From Squalus acanthias (Eukaryota): 64,000 bases of DNA. The notes under the pieces were generated by a model. It searched no databases and was not told the DNA's origin. It saw only the letters and a program-made list of their open reading frames with translations. Below are positions 26,111-38,800 of this stretch, piece by piece; within the stretch, counting starts at the first letter, position 1, and each line of letters starts with the position of its first letter. The stretch covers positions 110,796,001-110,860,000 of the forward strand of contig CM059431.1 in the NCBI GenBank assembly GCA_030390025.1, written 5' to 3'. Both the position numbers and the translations under genes were made by a program.

Positions 26111-27991
26111 ATGGCAGATCAACGGCCCAGGGAGAGAGCTCGCAGATTCTGTGACCAAGCATTGGAGGCCTTGGTCTTTGCTGTGGAGAGACGGAGGGCG
26201 GTGCTGTACCCGGCAAGTGGCAGGAGGCCCTCGCCGCAAGTCTTCCGCACCATGTGGAGGGAGGTAGCCCAGCAGGTCTCGGGCAGCAATGTGGTCCCCA
26301 GGACCCACACACAGTGCAGGAAGAAATTTAACAACCTCACTCGGGTGGTCAGGGTGAATCAATGCTTCAGCAAATGCTACATACCACCGTCTGGACCTCA
26401 GTCTGCACACACTGGCCAAAGCACTCACCCACCAAAAATCTCCACCTACCAACACTCACAACCACATCTCACACCTTGCACACAGTGACAGCTATTCAAC
26501 TATGGCAGGCACATCTCTCAAACACATTGCTCCACACTCACTCACACACTTTCCTCTCTCTTGCAGGCCAAGGTCGCTCACAACAGGAGGGAGCAGGAGC
26601 GCACAGGCAGGGGACAACCTGACACCCAACCACTGTCTGCGCTGGAGGAAAGAGTGCTGCAAAATCATTGGGTGCCAGGTGGTGGGTGCCGTGGCCACCG
26701 GCGACGTTGATCCCCTTGGGGACAACAACGGTATGTTCATCCCTACTCCTTCTTCTCACATCCCACTTCCCCCTCAGCCCACAATCATTTCTCACTTTCC
26801 AGCTAATCATGCTGTATGCATGCCTTTCTCCCTTCCTGCCCCCCTCCCCTTGCCTTAACCCGACTCTTGTGCCTTTATGCTTTCAGATAATCAGCAAGCA
26901 GCTGAGCAGCCTGCCCCATAGGGTACCATAGAAAGCAAAGCGGAAGAAGAGAAGGACGAAGAACACACCGCGTCACTGCATGTCTCACCCGCAGGCACCA
27001 GCTCAGATACTGGCACTACACATTCTTTAGAGGCTAGTATAGTATAGGGATCTGCACAGGGTGAGGCACCGGGGACGAGTGGGCTGCACCAAGGCCAGGG
27101 GGAAAGGGTAGCTCGGGAGCCAACTCCCCGGAGGGCGAGTTCTGCTGCACAGGACTCAGATGAGGACCTCGATGGGGAGGCCTTTAAAAGAAGGGTGATG
27201 GGCATGCACATGGAAATGATAGGTGCAATGGCAAGGGTGCCCGAGAGCTTCTCGGCAATGGTAAGGAGCATGGAGGAGACCGCCTCCAACATTGCACAAG
27301 GCTCTGTGCACACCATGGAGCCCATCATTTACAGTCTGTAAAGGATGGTGGACTCCCAGAGAGACCGTGGCGACCCAGACCTCATGCCACGTGTGATGGG
27401 CGATCTGGCAGCTTCCATTGCAGCACAGGCGGAAGCCACGTAACGTCTTAGTGCTGTAATTCAGTCTATGCTTGGTGCCATCGATTCTCAGACTGCTCTC
27501 ATGCAGTCTCAGCTTGATGCCATGCAAGCTCTGACTGCTGCCATCATGGCTGGCTCTACCACCACTGACAGGGCTTTCACGGTGCCGCAGCAGGCCAGCA
27601 ATCTGTGCTCCAACAGATTGCTAGGGATGCTGAGGTGCTGCCCCGGGGGAGTGTCAGTGGGTCAATGAAGCAGGAAGCTGCTGTCCTCTCTCAGGATGAC
27701 AGCATTCCTGCTCCTACCACTGGCACTCCGCCATTGCCCTTGTTGCTGCCTGTCATCCAGCCAGCCCAGACTGCTGCCGCCCATGCTGAGGTGATGCAGT
27801 CTACAGCCGGGCCTTCCAGGCCCAGAGCTGGTTGAGAGCGTCCTGCAAGGCCATCTGAAGTCTCCCGCACGGACACTCGGCAGCCTTCCACCAGCCCTGC
27901 TGCAGCCACTGGGCCAGCACTTCGTAGGAGCACTAGAGCAGGCAAAGGCACTGTAACGAGAGGCACTGAGGGATTGCACAAGGCTGAATAG
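26111..27991 (+). pseudogene. Harbinger Myb/SANT-like gene, 3 exons (26111-26353, 26567-26730, 26887-~27991), disrupted
   Basis: RFCDQALEALV..QCRKKFNNL motif. Same exon boundaries as the 51555-53320 copy; stops and frameshifts in exons 2-3. Confidence 0.82.
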
Positions 27992-28156
27992 CTAATATCG
28001 TTGTTGTAAATATATGTTCACTGATTATTGATAAATTTATTAATTGGCTTTGGATGATTTTGTGGTGTCTCTCATTTCAGCTTTGCGCTGTGATATGGCA
28101 TGCGACTGGGATGGAATGATGGGGATGTGGTGAGCAATGGAGATCTGGGGTTTAAT

Positions 28157-29350
28157 TTATTGGAACTGCAGTCTGATGAGGCGGTCACGGTCCACCCTTC
28201 CAGAAGAACGATTGAGTGGCTGCATCCTCCCTCGCTCCTGTTCCTCCTCCTCCTCCTCCTCCTCCTTGTCTTCCTCTTCCTCCTTGTCCTCCTCCTCCTC
28301 CTCTCTCTCTTCCTCCTCCTGAGCTGGTCCCGTAATCCCTGGTGGCAAGGGCTGGGCCCTCATGATGGCCAAGGTGTGGAGCATGCAGCAGACCACGATG
28401 AAATTGGCCCCCCACTCCGGCGAGTACTGGAGGGCTCCTCCCGAGTGGTCAAGGCAGCGGAACCGTTGCTTGAGCACCCAATGGTCTGCTCGATGATGTT
28501 CCTGGTGGAAGCTTGGCTCTCATTATATGAGTGCTGGGCAGGAGTGTTGGGGTTGCGGAGGGGAGTCATGAGCCAGGTGGAGAGCGGTAGCCCTTGTCTC
28601 CGACCAGCCAGCCGCGAGCTTGATGAGGCGGCTGGAAGAGTGCTGGCACACCGGTCTGGCGCAGGATGAAGGCATTGTGGCTGCTGCCAGGATAGCGGGC
28701 ATTGACAGTGAGGATTCGCTGTCTGTGATCGAACACCAACTGCAGATTAAGTGAGTGGTAGCCTTTGCGGTTATGGAAGACCTCAGGATTGTTATGCGGT
28801 GCCCGCAAAGCCATGTGGGTGCAGTCAATGGTGCCCTGCACCATGGGGAAGCCCGCTATCCTGGCAAACCCACATGCACATTCATCCTGCTTCTCTCTGG
28901 TGATGGGGAAGGAAATGTAGTCCCTTTATTGTAGAGAGCCTCTGTAACCTCCCGGATGCAACGATGGATGGCGAACTGTGAGATGTTCACCATATCTCCT
29001 GTTGCAGACTGGAAGGAACCGCTGGTGAAGAAATTGAGGGCGACGGTGACCTTGACTGCCACTGAGAGAGCCGTGGTCGCCCTGATCTGAGGCTGGAGGT
29101 CTGGTTGCAGGAGGTGGCAGAGTTGTGTGACCACCTCCTTGGTGAAGCGGAGCCTTCTAATACACTGCTCCTCGCTTAATTGGAAGTAGGAGAAGTGCTC
29201 TCGGAATACCCTCAGAGGGTAAGGCCTCCTGTTGAGAGTCCTGATGGCCCTCCTCCTCCCTCTGGCCACATGTTCCAATCTTTCTCGCTGCCTGCGCTCC
29301 CTCCGCAGTAGATCCTCGAGGGCGAGGTTGACTGCCAGTACAGCCCCCAT
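28157..29350 (-). pseudogene. Harbinger DDE transposase, several frameshifts
   Basis: FFTSGSFQ, GTIDCTH, YPGSSHNAF, VGDKGY and LKQRFRCL in ORFs 28856-29473, 28566-28844, 28360-28569 and 28157-28477; poly-Glu tail. Confidence 0.92.
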
Positions 29351-30439
29351 TAATGTAAGGAAGTGCAGCACTTTGATATTTTGTGAGAATAAATGTAACA
29401 CGTTTTTAGTAGCCACAACACTCCTGTTACTAAAGAACCTTTCAATGACTGAATTAAACTCTTGCACAATCACAAACTGACAAGGAAGCAGTGAAACAGC
29501 ACTGACCTGACACTGCGACTGATCCCTTTAAATATCGCCCCTGGAGTTGCCATCCGCCTGCTTCATGCCTCCTCTTCCTGTCATTGTCAGGGTGAGGCGC
29601 TAAGGCAGGCGGCGATAATCAATCTGACAGATCGGGCGCCTCACTGACATCACGATCTGCCTGGCGCTAAAGCCCCAGGCGCTAACAGTTAGCGACGGTG
29701 CTAAGGGGCAACTGGATTTGGCGTGCGGCGCTGGATTCACCTCGCCCCGGCGCTACTTAATTAGCGCCCCGTTAGCACCCCCGCCAGGCGCTAATGGGAG
29801 GCACTAACCAACCGAATTTCTCCCCCTAAGATTTCGAGGCAAGTGTGCTAGCAGCTGAGCCATGTTGGTACAATGTGCTATTGTACTGCTAAAGTGGAAC
29901 TCTGTCCTGTTCCCTTAAGGCCAATAGAGTTAATTTCCTGTATATTGGCGCATCCTCATTATAAACAGGGTGTATCTGAGAGTGTTTTCATGTTTCCCTT
30001 GGTAATTCCATCCTTTACCTCATCGATAGGCCTCCGTGGAGTTGATACAAGCTGAGAGCTGGCTTGAGTCCGAAGGAGGCTTGTATAAAGGTCCCAAACC
30101 TTGACCAGGAAAAGCTCATCGATCCTGGCTGATCCATTAGGAGCAGAAGAACCAAAGAGGACATGTTTCCTCAGGGCTTCACCAGGCCCCCTCTCCACCA
30201 TCGCAGCAGCATAGTGCTGCTCCAAAATTTCACTGTTGGTTCAGGCCAGCCTCTGCTGATGTGCCCTTATGGGTGAGGGTAGCTTGCCTCAGACCTTGTC
30301 CCTGAGATTTGGGATGAGTTCTCTGGCCCACGGCTAGAGCGGGAGAGGGTTCCACCTGACAGAGCGGACACGCAGGAATTTTTGGCCCTGTTGCCTCTGG
30401 TGGTAAATCAACAGTGACCAATTCCCAATGAAGCCCTAT

Positions 30440-31995
30440 TGCAGCACCAGGCGCACCAAAATATGAGGTGCCAACCTGGGGAAGCTGCAACACAGAACTA
30501 CATGCATGCTAAACAGCAAAAGCAGCATGCTACAGACAGAGCTAAGTGATCCCACACTCAACAGATCAGATCAAAGCTATCAAGCAGCACTTACTCACCA
30601 ATAACCGGCTCACTGATGCTCAGTTTGGGTTCCGCCAAGATCACTTGGCTCCCGACCTCATTACAGCCATGGTCCAAACATGGACAAAGGAACTGAATTC
30701 CACAGGTGACATGAGAGTGACTGCTCTTGACATCAAGGCAGCATTTGACCGAGTGTGGTATCAAGGAGCCCAAGTAAAATTGAAGTCAATGGGAATCGGG
30801 AGGAAAACTCTCCACTGGCTGGAGTCATACATAGCACAAAGGAAGATGGTTGTGGTGGTTGAAGGTCAATCATCACAGTCCCAGGACATCGCTAGAGGAG
30901 TTCCTCAGGACAGTGTCCTAGGCCCAACCATCTTCAGCTGCTTCATCAATGACCTTCCCTCCAACATAAGGTCAGAAATGGGGATGTTCGCTGATGACTG
31001 CACAGTGTTCAGCGCCATTCACAACTCCTCAGATAATGAAGCAGTCCATGCCCACAAGTTCTGGACGATGTTGAGGCTTGGGCTGATAAGTGGCAGATAA
31101 CATTCACGCCACAGATTCCCATTGACTTCAGTTTTACTATGGCTCCTTGATGCCTCACTCAGTCAAATACTGATTTGATGTCAATGGCAGTCACTCTCAT
31201 CTCACCTCTGGAATTCAGCTCCTTTGTCCATGTTTGGACCAAGGCTGTAATGAGGTCGGGAGCCGAGTGGTCTTGGCGGAACCCAAACTGGGCATCAGTG
31301 AGCAGGTTATTGGTGAGTAAGTGCCACTTGATAGCACTTTTGATGACACCTTCCATCACTTGCTGATGATTGAGAGTAGACTGATGGGGCAGTAATTGGC
31401 CGGATTGGATTTGTCCTGCTTTTTGTGGATAGGACATACCTGGGCAGTCTTCCACATTGTCGGGTAGATGCCAGTGTTGTAGCTGTACTGGAACAGCTTG
31501 GCTAGAGGTGCAGCTAGTTCTGGAGCACAAGTCTTCAGCACGATAGCCGGGATGTTATCGGGGGCCCATAGCCTTTGCTGTATCCAGTGCGCTCAGCCAT
31601 TTCTTGATATCACGTGGAGTGAATCGAATTTGCTGAAGACTGGCTTCTGTGATGGTGGGGTTCTCAGGAGTAGACCGATATGTATCATCCACTTGGCATT
31701 TCTGGCTGAAGATGGTTACAAACGCTTCAGCCTTGTCTTTTGCACTCACATGCTGGGCTCCACCATCATTGAGGATATTCCACCATCATTGAGGGGATAT
31801 TCATGGAGCGTCCTCCTCCTGTTAATTGTTTAATGGTCAACCAGCATTCATGACTGGATGTGGCAGGACTGCAGAGCTTTGATCTGATCCGTTGATTGTA
31901 GGATCGCTTAGCCCTGTCTATAGCATGCTGCTTCCGCATTTTAGCATGCATGTGGTCCTGTGTTGCAACATCCCCAGGTTGGCACCTCATTTTTG
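30440..31995. mobile_element. Two oppositely oriented fragments of one non-LTR (CR1/L2-group) RT family
   Basis: Plus copy 30440-31110 (LDIKAAFDRVW, GVPQDSVLGP, FADD). Minus copy 31115-31995 (KSNPANYCPISLL, QFGFRQDHSAPDL). Confidence 0.82.
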
Positions 31996-32354
31996 GTGAC
32001 TGAATAAATCAAATTCTATTTTAACATGGAGTTCTAGGATTTTTATTGGTGTTTTGGGGATTGCATACTGTCATTCATCCATTTATGATTAGAGTCAATT
32101 GTTTTTGGTAACAAATTAACTCAAATTCTGTTTTTATTATGTGGTTTTTTTCAGCATTCTTACTTTTGTTTTGGTGGCTCATTGTCTGTTATTCCGTCAT
32201 TTCTGTGTGAAAACCACAATTAAGTGGCCTTGCTAAGAATATTTACCATATGGTTGTGGGTGTATTCTCTCTGCTATTTTTTGCTTTTTATCTCAATGAG
32301 CCTGTGTTTTACAAGTGACATATAAATCAGAAACTTTGCTGACCCTCTGAATGT

Positions 32355-33977
32355 TGTAGAGTTTCGCAATTATCGCGATTCAAATAATATGAGAGAAGCA
32401 GATTCAATTGATCATTTTATTAAACGAAATGCTGTCCTGATAATAAAGGACACAGAAGCCTGTAAAATGGCCACCGCGCATCGTGGCAGAAGCTTCCAGA
32501 GACACAGTGGGCAGACAAGATGGCGTCGAATATACATTCAGTATGAGATCGGATCATACTCGGTACACATTGAAAAGGCAGGATGCAACCCGTTTGCATC
32601 CTGAACAATAGCAATGATATAAGTGCTGGAATCGTTTCCTACGCACAGTAAGGATCATTGAACTGGGCCATCGAGAACCCATCCAGACACATCAATACAC
32701 AAATACCCCCCCGGCTCAACAATGAGAGAGACATTGGCGGGTGATTAAGCCAGTATTCGGGGGGCCCCAAAACCAGTCGAGGAGACGATTCATACACATC
32801 CTGGCTGGCTCAACAATGGAGAAGGTATTAACGGATAGTTGACCAGTTTCAGGTGTTACCGAAACCCGTTAAGAAGATAATCGCCCCATGCTGGGAGTTT
32901 TTGGGCGCCAAAATCACACAAAGAATAAACGTTTAGATTTGAGCGGGAGATAAGGCCGACAAAACAGTATAACTATAGAGGACAAATGTCCATCGGTCTC
33001 TTGACTCTCTCTCTCTCTTCCTGGACTCTTCCTTGACTCTCTCTCTCTCGGGCTGGACCCTCTCGGGCTCGCTTGGCTCTTGACTCTTCGCCGTGCTGGT
33101 CGGTTATTCGAGTGTTGGGTGGAGCTCAATCGGAACGAGCCGCCTCGACAGGGCAAGTAACAGGATACACCATCCCGAGCGTCGGTAAACGGTGTCCGGA
33201 CCCAGGGGCCCGAGTAACCAGAAGAAAGACGAGAAGAAAGACGAGAAGAAATTCCACGTGCCGCCGCGGTCAGTAAACCCCGACCGCGCCCGAAGTTATA
33301 ACGACAGAATCCATCTTTGAATTCTACAGACTACTACACGAACCGTTTTCTTTGAATTCTACGGACTACTCCACGATCCGGTCTGAATCCATCGACCACT
33401 TCATGACATCAAGGAATCTGGCTTACCTTTCATGGCAGCGAGAGTAAACAAGTGGGGTGCAGAAACCCTTACAACCACGTGACAGTCAGGCGCTGCAGCG
33501 AAACGAGCTGAGTGCCTCACTTTAAATTTCCGAAGTGAGCCGAGTGGTGAGCATGTTTTCCGATCCTACAAATCCAGACGTAGTTTAGGTATATTGAGGG
33601 AGGGTGGTTTTTCTAAGGTTAATGTATAATGTGTTCCCCCTTTTACGATGTGTCGTGTGTTCCCCATTTCCATAGACCAAGTTTTATGAACGTGTGTATA
33701 CTTGTACTCTCTTTGATCTGCGCCTATGACATGTATTTCATGATTTTAGATGCCATGCAATAAAGACATTCATTTCGTGCTATTCAACCAGGTCTATTTG
33801 AGTCTTTTTTTCTCTGCATTACTGCTCCTTGCATCTAAGTCCAGGTGTCAGAACCGTAAGGGCGAGTGGGTCGAACCACTCACAGGTGCTTATTGCAAAA
33901 GTCTGGCCGGAGACCAGAGCAAGCAATAGTATAGGCAACGAAGGCCTCACCTCGCACCAGTACCGTGACCCCTTACA
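32355..33977 (+). repeat. 5' LTR (1623 bp)
   Basis: Starts TGTAGAG and ends CCTTACA. Direct repeat of 44028-45650 (offset 11673) with about 13 substitutions counted by eye. AATAAA at 33759-33764. Confidence 0.97.
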
Positions 33978-33981
33978 GAAA

Positions 33982-35804
33982 ATGGCGACCGCAGCAGGAC
34001 CCTGGCAGCAAGAGAGTAATGTCTTAGACCCAGGTTTGAATAAACTAAATGTAATGGAAGAAAAGGTAGCCGACTATGTGTTTGGGAAAGTAAACCTGAC
34101 CAAACAGTGGATATGTGACCTACTGACGGATAGGCGTCCGCTAGACGCCGCCATCAGATGGACAGGTAGCAAAGATCATAAGAAGTCGGTAGAGAAAGCG
34201 GTCTGGCTGATGTGCTACAAGAAGCAAGTCCAACTTTCGGACCAGGTCATTGCAGCACAGGCAGCTCAGATCAGGAATTAGAAACAGAGATGGAGGAAAA
34301 GGTTACGGGAGGACAGAGACTGATTGCATCACTGAATGCGTTGCATCAGGAACGCCAAATAGTAGCCAACCACCACGAGACTAGGATCGATTACTTAGAA
34401 TGTCAGGTCACGGAAGCAAAATTAAGTGAGGGAAGGATTAAAGAACGGTGTATCCGCCTAGCTAACCAGATAAAGGCCCAGGAAGAAAGTTTGAGGGGAG
34501 TTAGGGCGGCATACAAGATGGCTCTCGAGGATAGGCATGAGGGAGCCGACCACAGTGTTTGCCAGAGGGAGATAGAGAACCTGAGAGAGGCCCTGAATAA
34601 GGCAAACGGCTTGGTGTGTCTCATCAGCCCGTCAGCGAGCCAGCCACAGGTAGGTAGGGAATTCCCAAAATCCCTACCGGGAAAAGCAGATGTGGTATCA
34701 ACCACTAAGCCCTCCGCGCCACCCAGCTATACAGAAACCTGGGTAGGGGAGGAAGTGGTGGAAATAGAGAAGAAGGTTCCCGAGGTAGGACAATCCCCGG
34801 AGGTAGTGTCGAGACCGGGACCGATGTGTCCGGTCCGAGGTCATAAGAGAGGCCCGAATGGGAACAATGGGGAAGACGGGGACATCCTGAACCAACTTGT
34901 AGTGCCCCACAGCTCACAGCAGCTGAGGGCAATGATCAGCCATGTCCGGAAGCTGTCCGAGTCAGGAGACCCTTCCGTGCATTTTAGAGAAGTAGAACAG
35001 ACCGCAGCGGTTAATGGCTGCGACAACGAGGAAAAGACCAAGATGTTGCTGTTCTCTTTAGATAGCTCAATCCTTCAGTGTCTCTCCGATGAGAGCAAGA
35101 GGGGAGCTAAGGGCTATGGGGATTTACGGGACGAGGTCCTAGAAGTGTTGGGGGCGGATGACGAAGGTCCGTTCGTCAGACTGGGTCAGACCGTGCAGAT
35201 GGAGCGAGAACCCCCACGGGTTTTCGCCGAAAGACTGTGGCCAGTATACCAGCGTAGCTGCCCAGGTGCGCCAGAGCGCCGCTACCTGGACGGTACCGGG
35301 AAAGCTCATTGGCTCAGGTGCATAGTAGCCAACAGCTTGCCAGCCGTCAGGGAGCAGGCCAGAGCGTGGTTTGATCCCACCAACCCCGAGACAACGGAGG
35401 AGTCTGTCCTGAGTCACCTCACCATAGGGTATCGGAACACTAGAAGCACGGGAGCGCGTCCCCTTAAGGGAAAGGTGCATGAAGCAAAGACAACAGCTCC
35501 GGCTCAGAAAGAGTGGCATCAGGAGGGAAATCGCGCCCCACAAACCAGTAGTGTTTGTTACGGGTGCGGGAAGGCAGGTCACTGGCGTAAAAACTGTAGG
35601 AATCCCTGGAAGGACTCCAGGGAAAAAGCTCCCGCAGTCCGAGCCCAAACGCCTGTCTCTGAGAGAGGAGCTGGTGTGCCTATCCATCCCGACGCGATCG
35701 AATCAATGTTAGGAGCCATGCGGTCTATTATGATTTCGCACGGGAGAGTGGCAGTCTTTACCGGCCCCACAGATGCCACAACCCCGCCCACCAGTACCCA
35801 ATGA
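33982..35804 (+). pseudogene. gag: gag (one frameshift near 34275)
   Basis: ORF 33829-34281 (from ATG 33982 or 34054) joins ORF 34212-35804 by restoring one base (IR|ELETE). Coiled-coil N-terminus, PSAPPSY at 34710-34730, capsid-like region, CCHC knuckle CYGCGKAGHWRKNC at 35556-35597. Confidence 0.88.
33983..34000 (+). promoter_or_regulatory. Primer binding site, probably tRNA-Arg(TCG)
   Basis: TGGCGACCGCAGCAGGAC lies 5 nt after the LTR. It matches 17/18 to the complement of the 3' end of vertebrate tRNA-Arg(TCG) as I recall it (...GTCCTGCCGCGGTCG-CCA); the mismatch is at a CpG. Confidence 0.8.
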
Positions 35805-38800
35805 CTAAAGCCCGCGCAGCCCGTCTATCTGTGTCCGCTCAGCTATGATGTGTGGAAAAGACCCCTGGTGGAGATGGAGGTAGAGAAGCAGAAGGGTAGT
35901 TACTTGTTGGACATGGGAGCTTCATGCACCGTGATTCATACAGATAGCCCCTTTGACTCACCACTGTCTACCAAGGTCCCATTCACATTAGCAGGGTTCA
36001 CAGGAAAAGAGCAGGCTGGCGCATTCTCCATTCCGCTCTCCATTCATTTAGGAGCACTCCACACCACATGGAAGTGCATCCTGATGAAATGGCAAGAGGG
36101 GGGTGGCAAAGGTATCCTCGGATCGGATCTCCTAGCGGAACACGGGATCCTCGTGGACCTTAGGAATCACTGTCTCTGGGGAGCCAAGGGTGGGAAAGGC
36201 AAGGTAGTTGTAATCCCAGGGAAGGAAGGAAAAGGGGCCCTGTGTACCATGAAGCCATCCGGAGGTTACGACCTCGGGCTTATGGTCGCGGATGTCCCAA
36301 CGGACATGCAAACGTACGTGTCAGATAATATGCACGCGTTTGCAACCCACAAGCACGATTGTGGAAGGGTTACCGGGTTTGAGGTCAGCGTAGACGGGGA
36401 CCCCATGACCCGACCCCAAAAGCAGTATAACTTCCCCAAAGAAGCAGAACCCGACATGGAGACAGCAATGTCCTCATTGGTGCAGCAGGGCGTGTTGAGA
36501 CCGATAGCCACACACGTGAACTCCCCATTATGGCCGGTAAGGAAGCCGGATAATTCATGGAGGGCCACGGTGGACTACAGAGTCCTTAACAGTAACATCC
36601 CCGCCTGCGCGCCCACAGTAGCAGCAGTTGCTGACCTAATAGGGAGTATCCCAGCGTCCGCGACCACGTTCACGGTGCTGGATATCTCGAACGGTTTTTG
36701 GTCCATCCCGTTGCGGCGAGAGGACCAGTACAAGTTTGCCTTTACTTTCAAAGGACAACAGTACACATGGAACTGTTTGCCACAGGGTTTTCACAACAGC
36801 CCCAGTATTTTCCATCAGTGTATGGCAGGAAGTTTAAAGGAGTTTAGTCAGCCCAATCAGATAGTGCAGTACGTGGACGACTTGCTCCTGTTCACAGACT
36901 CAAGGGAGGAGCATGGACCACTGTTAGCCGAGTTATTGGAGCTGCTAGCGAGAAAGGGTTTTAAAGTTAACCCTAAGAAAGCACGGATCGGTCAGCAGGA
37001 AGTAAAATTCCTGGGTCTGACCATTCGCGCTGGGGAAAGAGCCATAGATAAGGCTAGGAGGGAGTCGGTGCAGGAGTTACCGATTCCCAACACCATAACG
37101 GGTGTGAGGTCCTTTCTGGGACTGACCAGGTACTGCAGAGACTTCATCGAGGACTATGCGGCCACAGCAGCCCCGCTGCTCCGACTCCTCCATAAGGGAG
37201 TGGAGTGGTCTTGGGACGAGGGTTGTCAGGCAGCATTCGAGAAGTTAAAAAGGGATCTGCAGACCGCGCCAGCTTTAGGGGCCATAGATGGGGGGAAGGA
37301 GTTTTTCCTGGAGGTAGCTGCCAGCGGAGACAGCTTGAGCGCCGTGCTGCTCCAAGAGCGTCACGGCAGGCTGAGGCCAGTTGTTTATTCATCCAGGGTG
37401 TTAACGGATGTGGAAAGGAGTTTTTCCAACTGCGAAAGGCATCTTTTAGCCACGCATTGGGCTGTGAAAAGATCAGCGATCTTCACAGGGCTCTCTCCCA
37501 TCACTCTCCTCACCCATCACACGCCAACCAAGATGCTTCTGGATGGGAGGATTAAGGATGGGACCGTAAGCAGCGCTCGCATTGCGCGCTGGACCCTTCT
37601 CCTTTGCCAGATAGATCTCAGAGTTAAAGGTCTTTGCGAGCCCAAGCTCGCGGCCAACCTGGTATACCCCGGAACAGCCCACCGGTGTTCGGTTGAAGGG
37701 GTGTGGGAGGTCAACATAGGTTTGTGGGCCGGGATACATCCCACGGGCCGCGAGATTTATGTCGATGGTTCCAGCACAGTGTCCGCTGGCGAACGACTCA
37801 CAGGGTGTGGAGTTTATGACCCTGCGGCAGACCTTGCCTTGGCAATTAAACTCCCCAGCACCATGAGCGCGCAGCAGGCTGAGCTGTCTGCGGTGGCGTA
37901 CATAGTTACCCACCCAGAGATCTTCCCAACTCCATACACGATTTGTTCGGACAGTATGTTTACGTACAATTCGTGTACGGAATACCTGGCCATTTGGTCC
38001 CGCCGTGGTTACACCTCCGCGGACGGGCGACCTTTAACGGTGAAGCCCTTGCTGGAAAAGATCCTAGCAGCAGTGGGGGAGGAAGGGGAGATTTTCATCC
38101 ACAAGGTGAAGGCTCACTCCTCCACCGAACCCCGCGGGGAGGGCAACCAGCAGGCGGATGCGCTAGCCAGGGAGGGTGCCCGTAACGGCATTTTCTGGGA
38201 CCCCTATGGACCCGGACCCGTGGCAGCGATCCAAGGCAGGGAAGGGAATCCCGGGAACACCAGGGTAGCACTGCCCCTAGACCTCAAGACCGTCCAGAGC
38301 CAGGATCCCGCCCTAAAGGCAGTTCTCAGAACTATTACTGAGGGCAAGCATGTAGAGGGCCCGTACAGTACGGCAACCCTCTCCGTTAAAGAAGGCATGC
38401 TGTTCCACGAGGAACAGTGGGTTGTGCCGCAGCAGCACAGGAGGGAATTCCTCCAGCTGGCTCATGAGGGGCCAGGGGCAGGACACCCCGGGCCTGAGGT
38501 TACCTGGCAACGGGTAGAGCAGGCGTGATGGTGGCCGGGACTCAGGGATCAGGTCCACGAGTTCTGTGCAAGCTGTCTTGTGTGCGCTGCCAACAACCCA
38601 GACCCCCAGAAAAGGAAAGTGCACATGGGGCACATCAGGAGGGTGGAGGGACCATGGCAGTCGATACAAGTCGATTAAATAGGGCCCCTGCCCACCACCC
38701 AGGGAGGCTATAAATACTGCCTCGTCCTGGTGGATGTGTTTTCCAAGTGGGTAGAAGCCTTTCCCTGTAGAACAGCTACGGCGCTGGGTACTGCCAAGAT

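Larger units (their letters stand above)
25783..29826 (-). mobile_element. Full-length PIF/Harbinger transposon (4044 bp), degenerate
   Basis: TIRs GGGGGCGAAATT / AATTTCTCCCCC, TAA TSD. Convergent transposase (-) and Myb/SANT (+) genes. Confidence 0.93.

Noticed and set aside
28100..28669. Poly-Leu membrane protein ORF
   Set aside because: It is the antisense reading of the transposase poly-Glu tract.
32389..33276. Short ORFs inside the LTR as accessory genes
   Set aside because: They are 64-80 aa with no recognisable motifs, and recur only because the LTR is duplicated.
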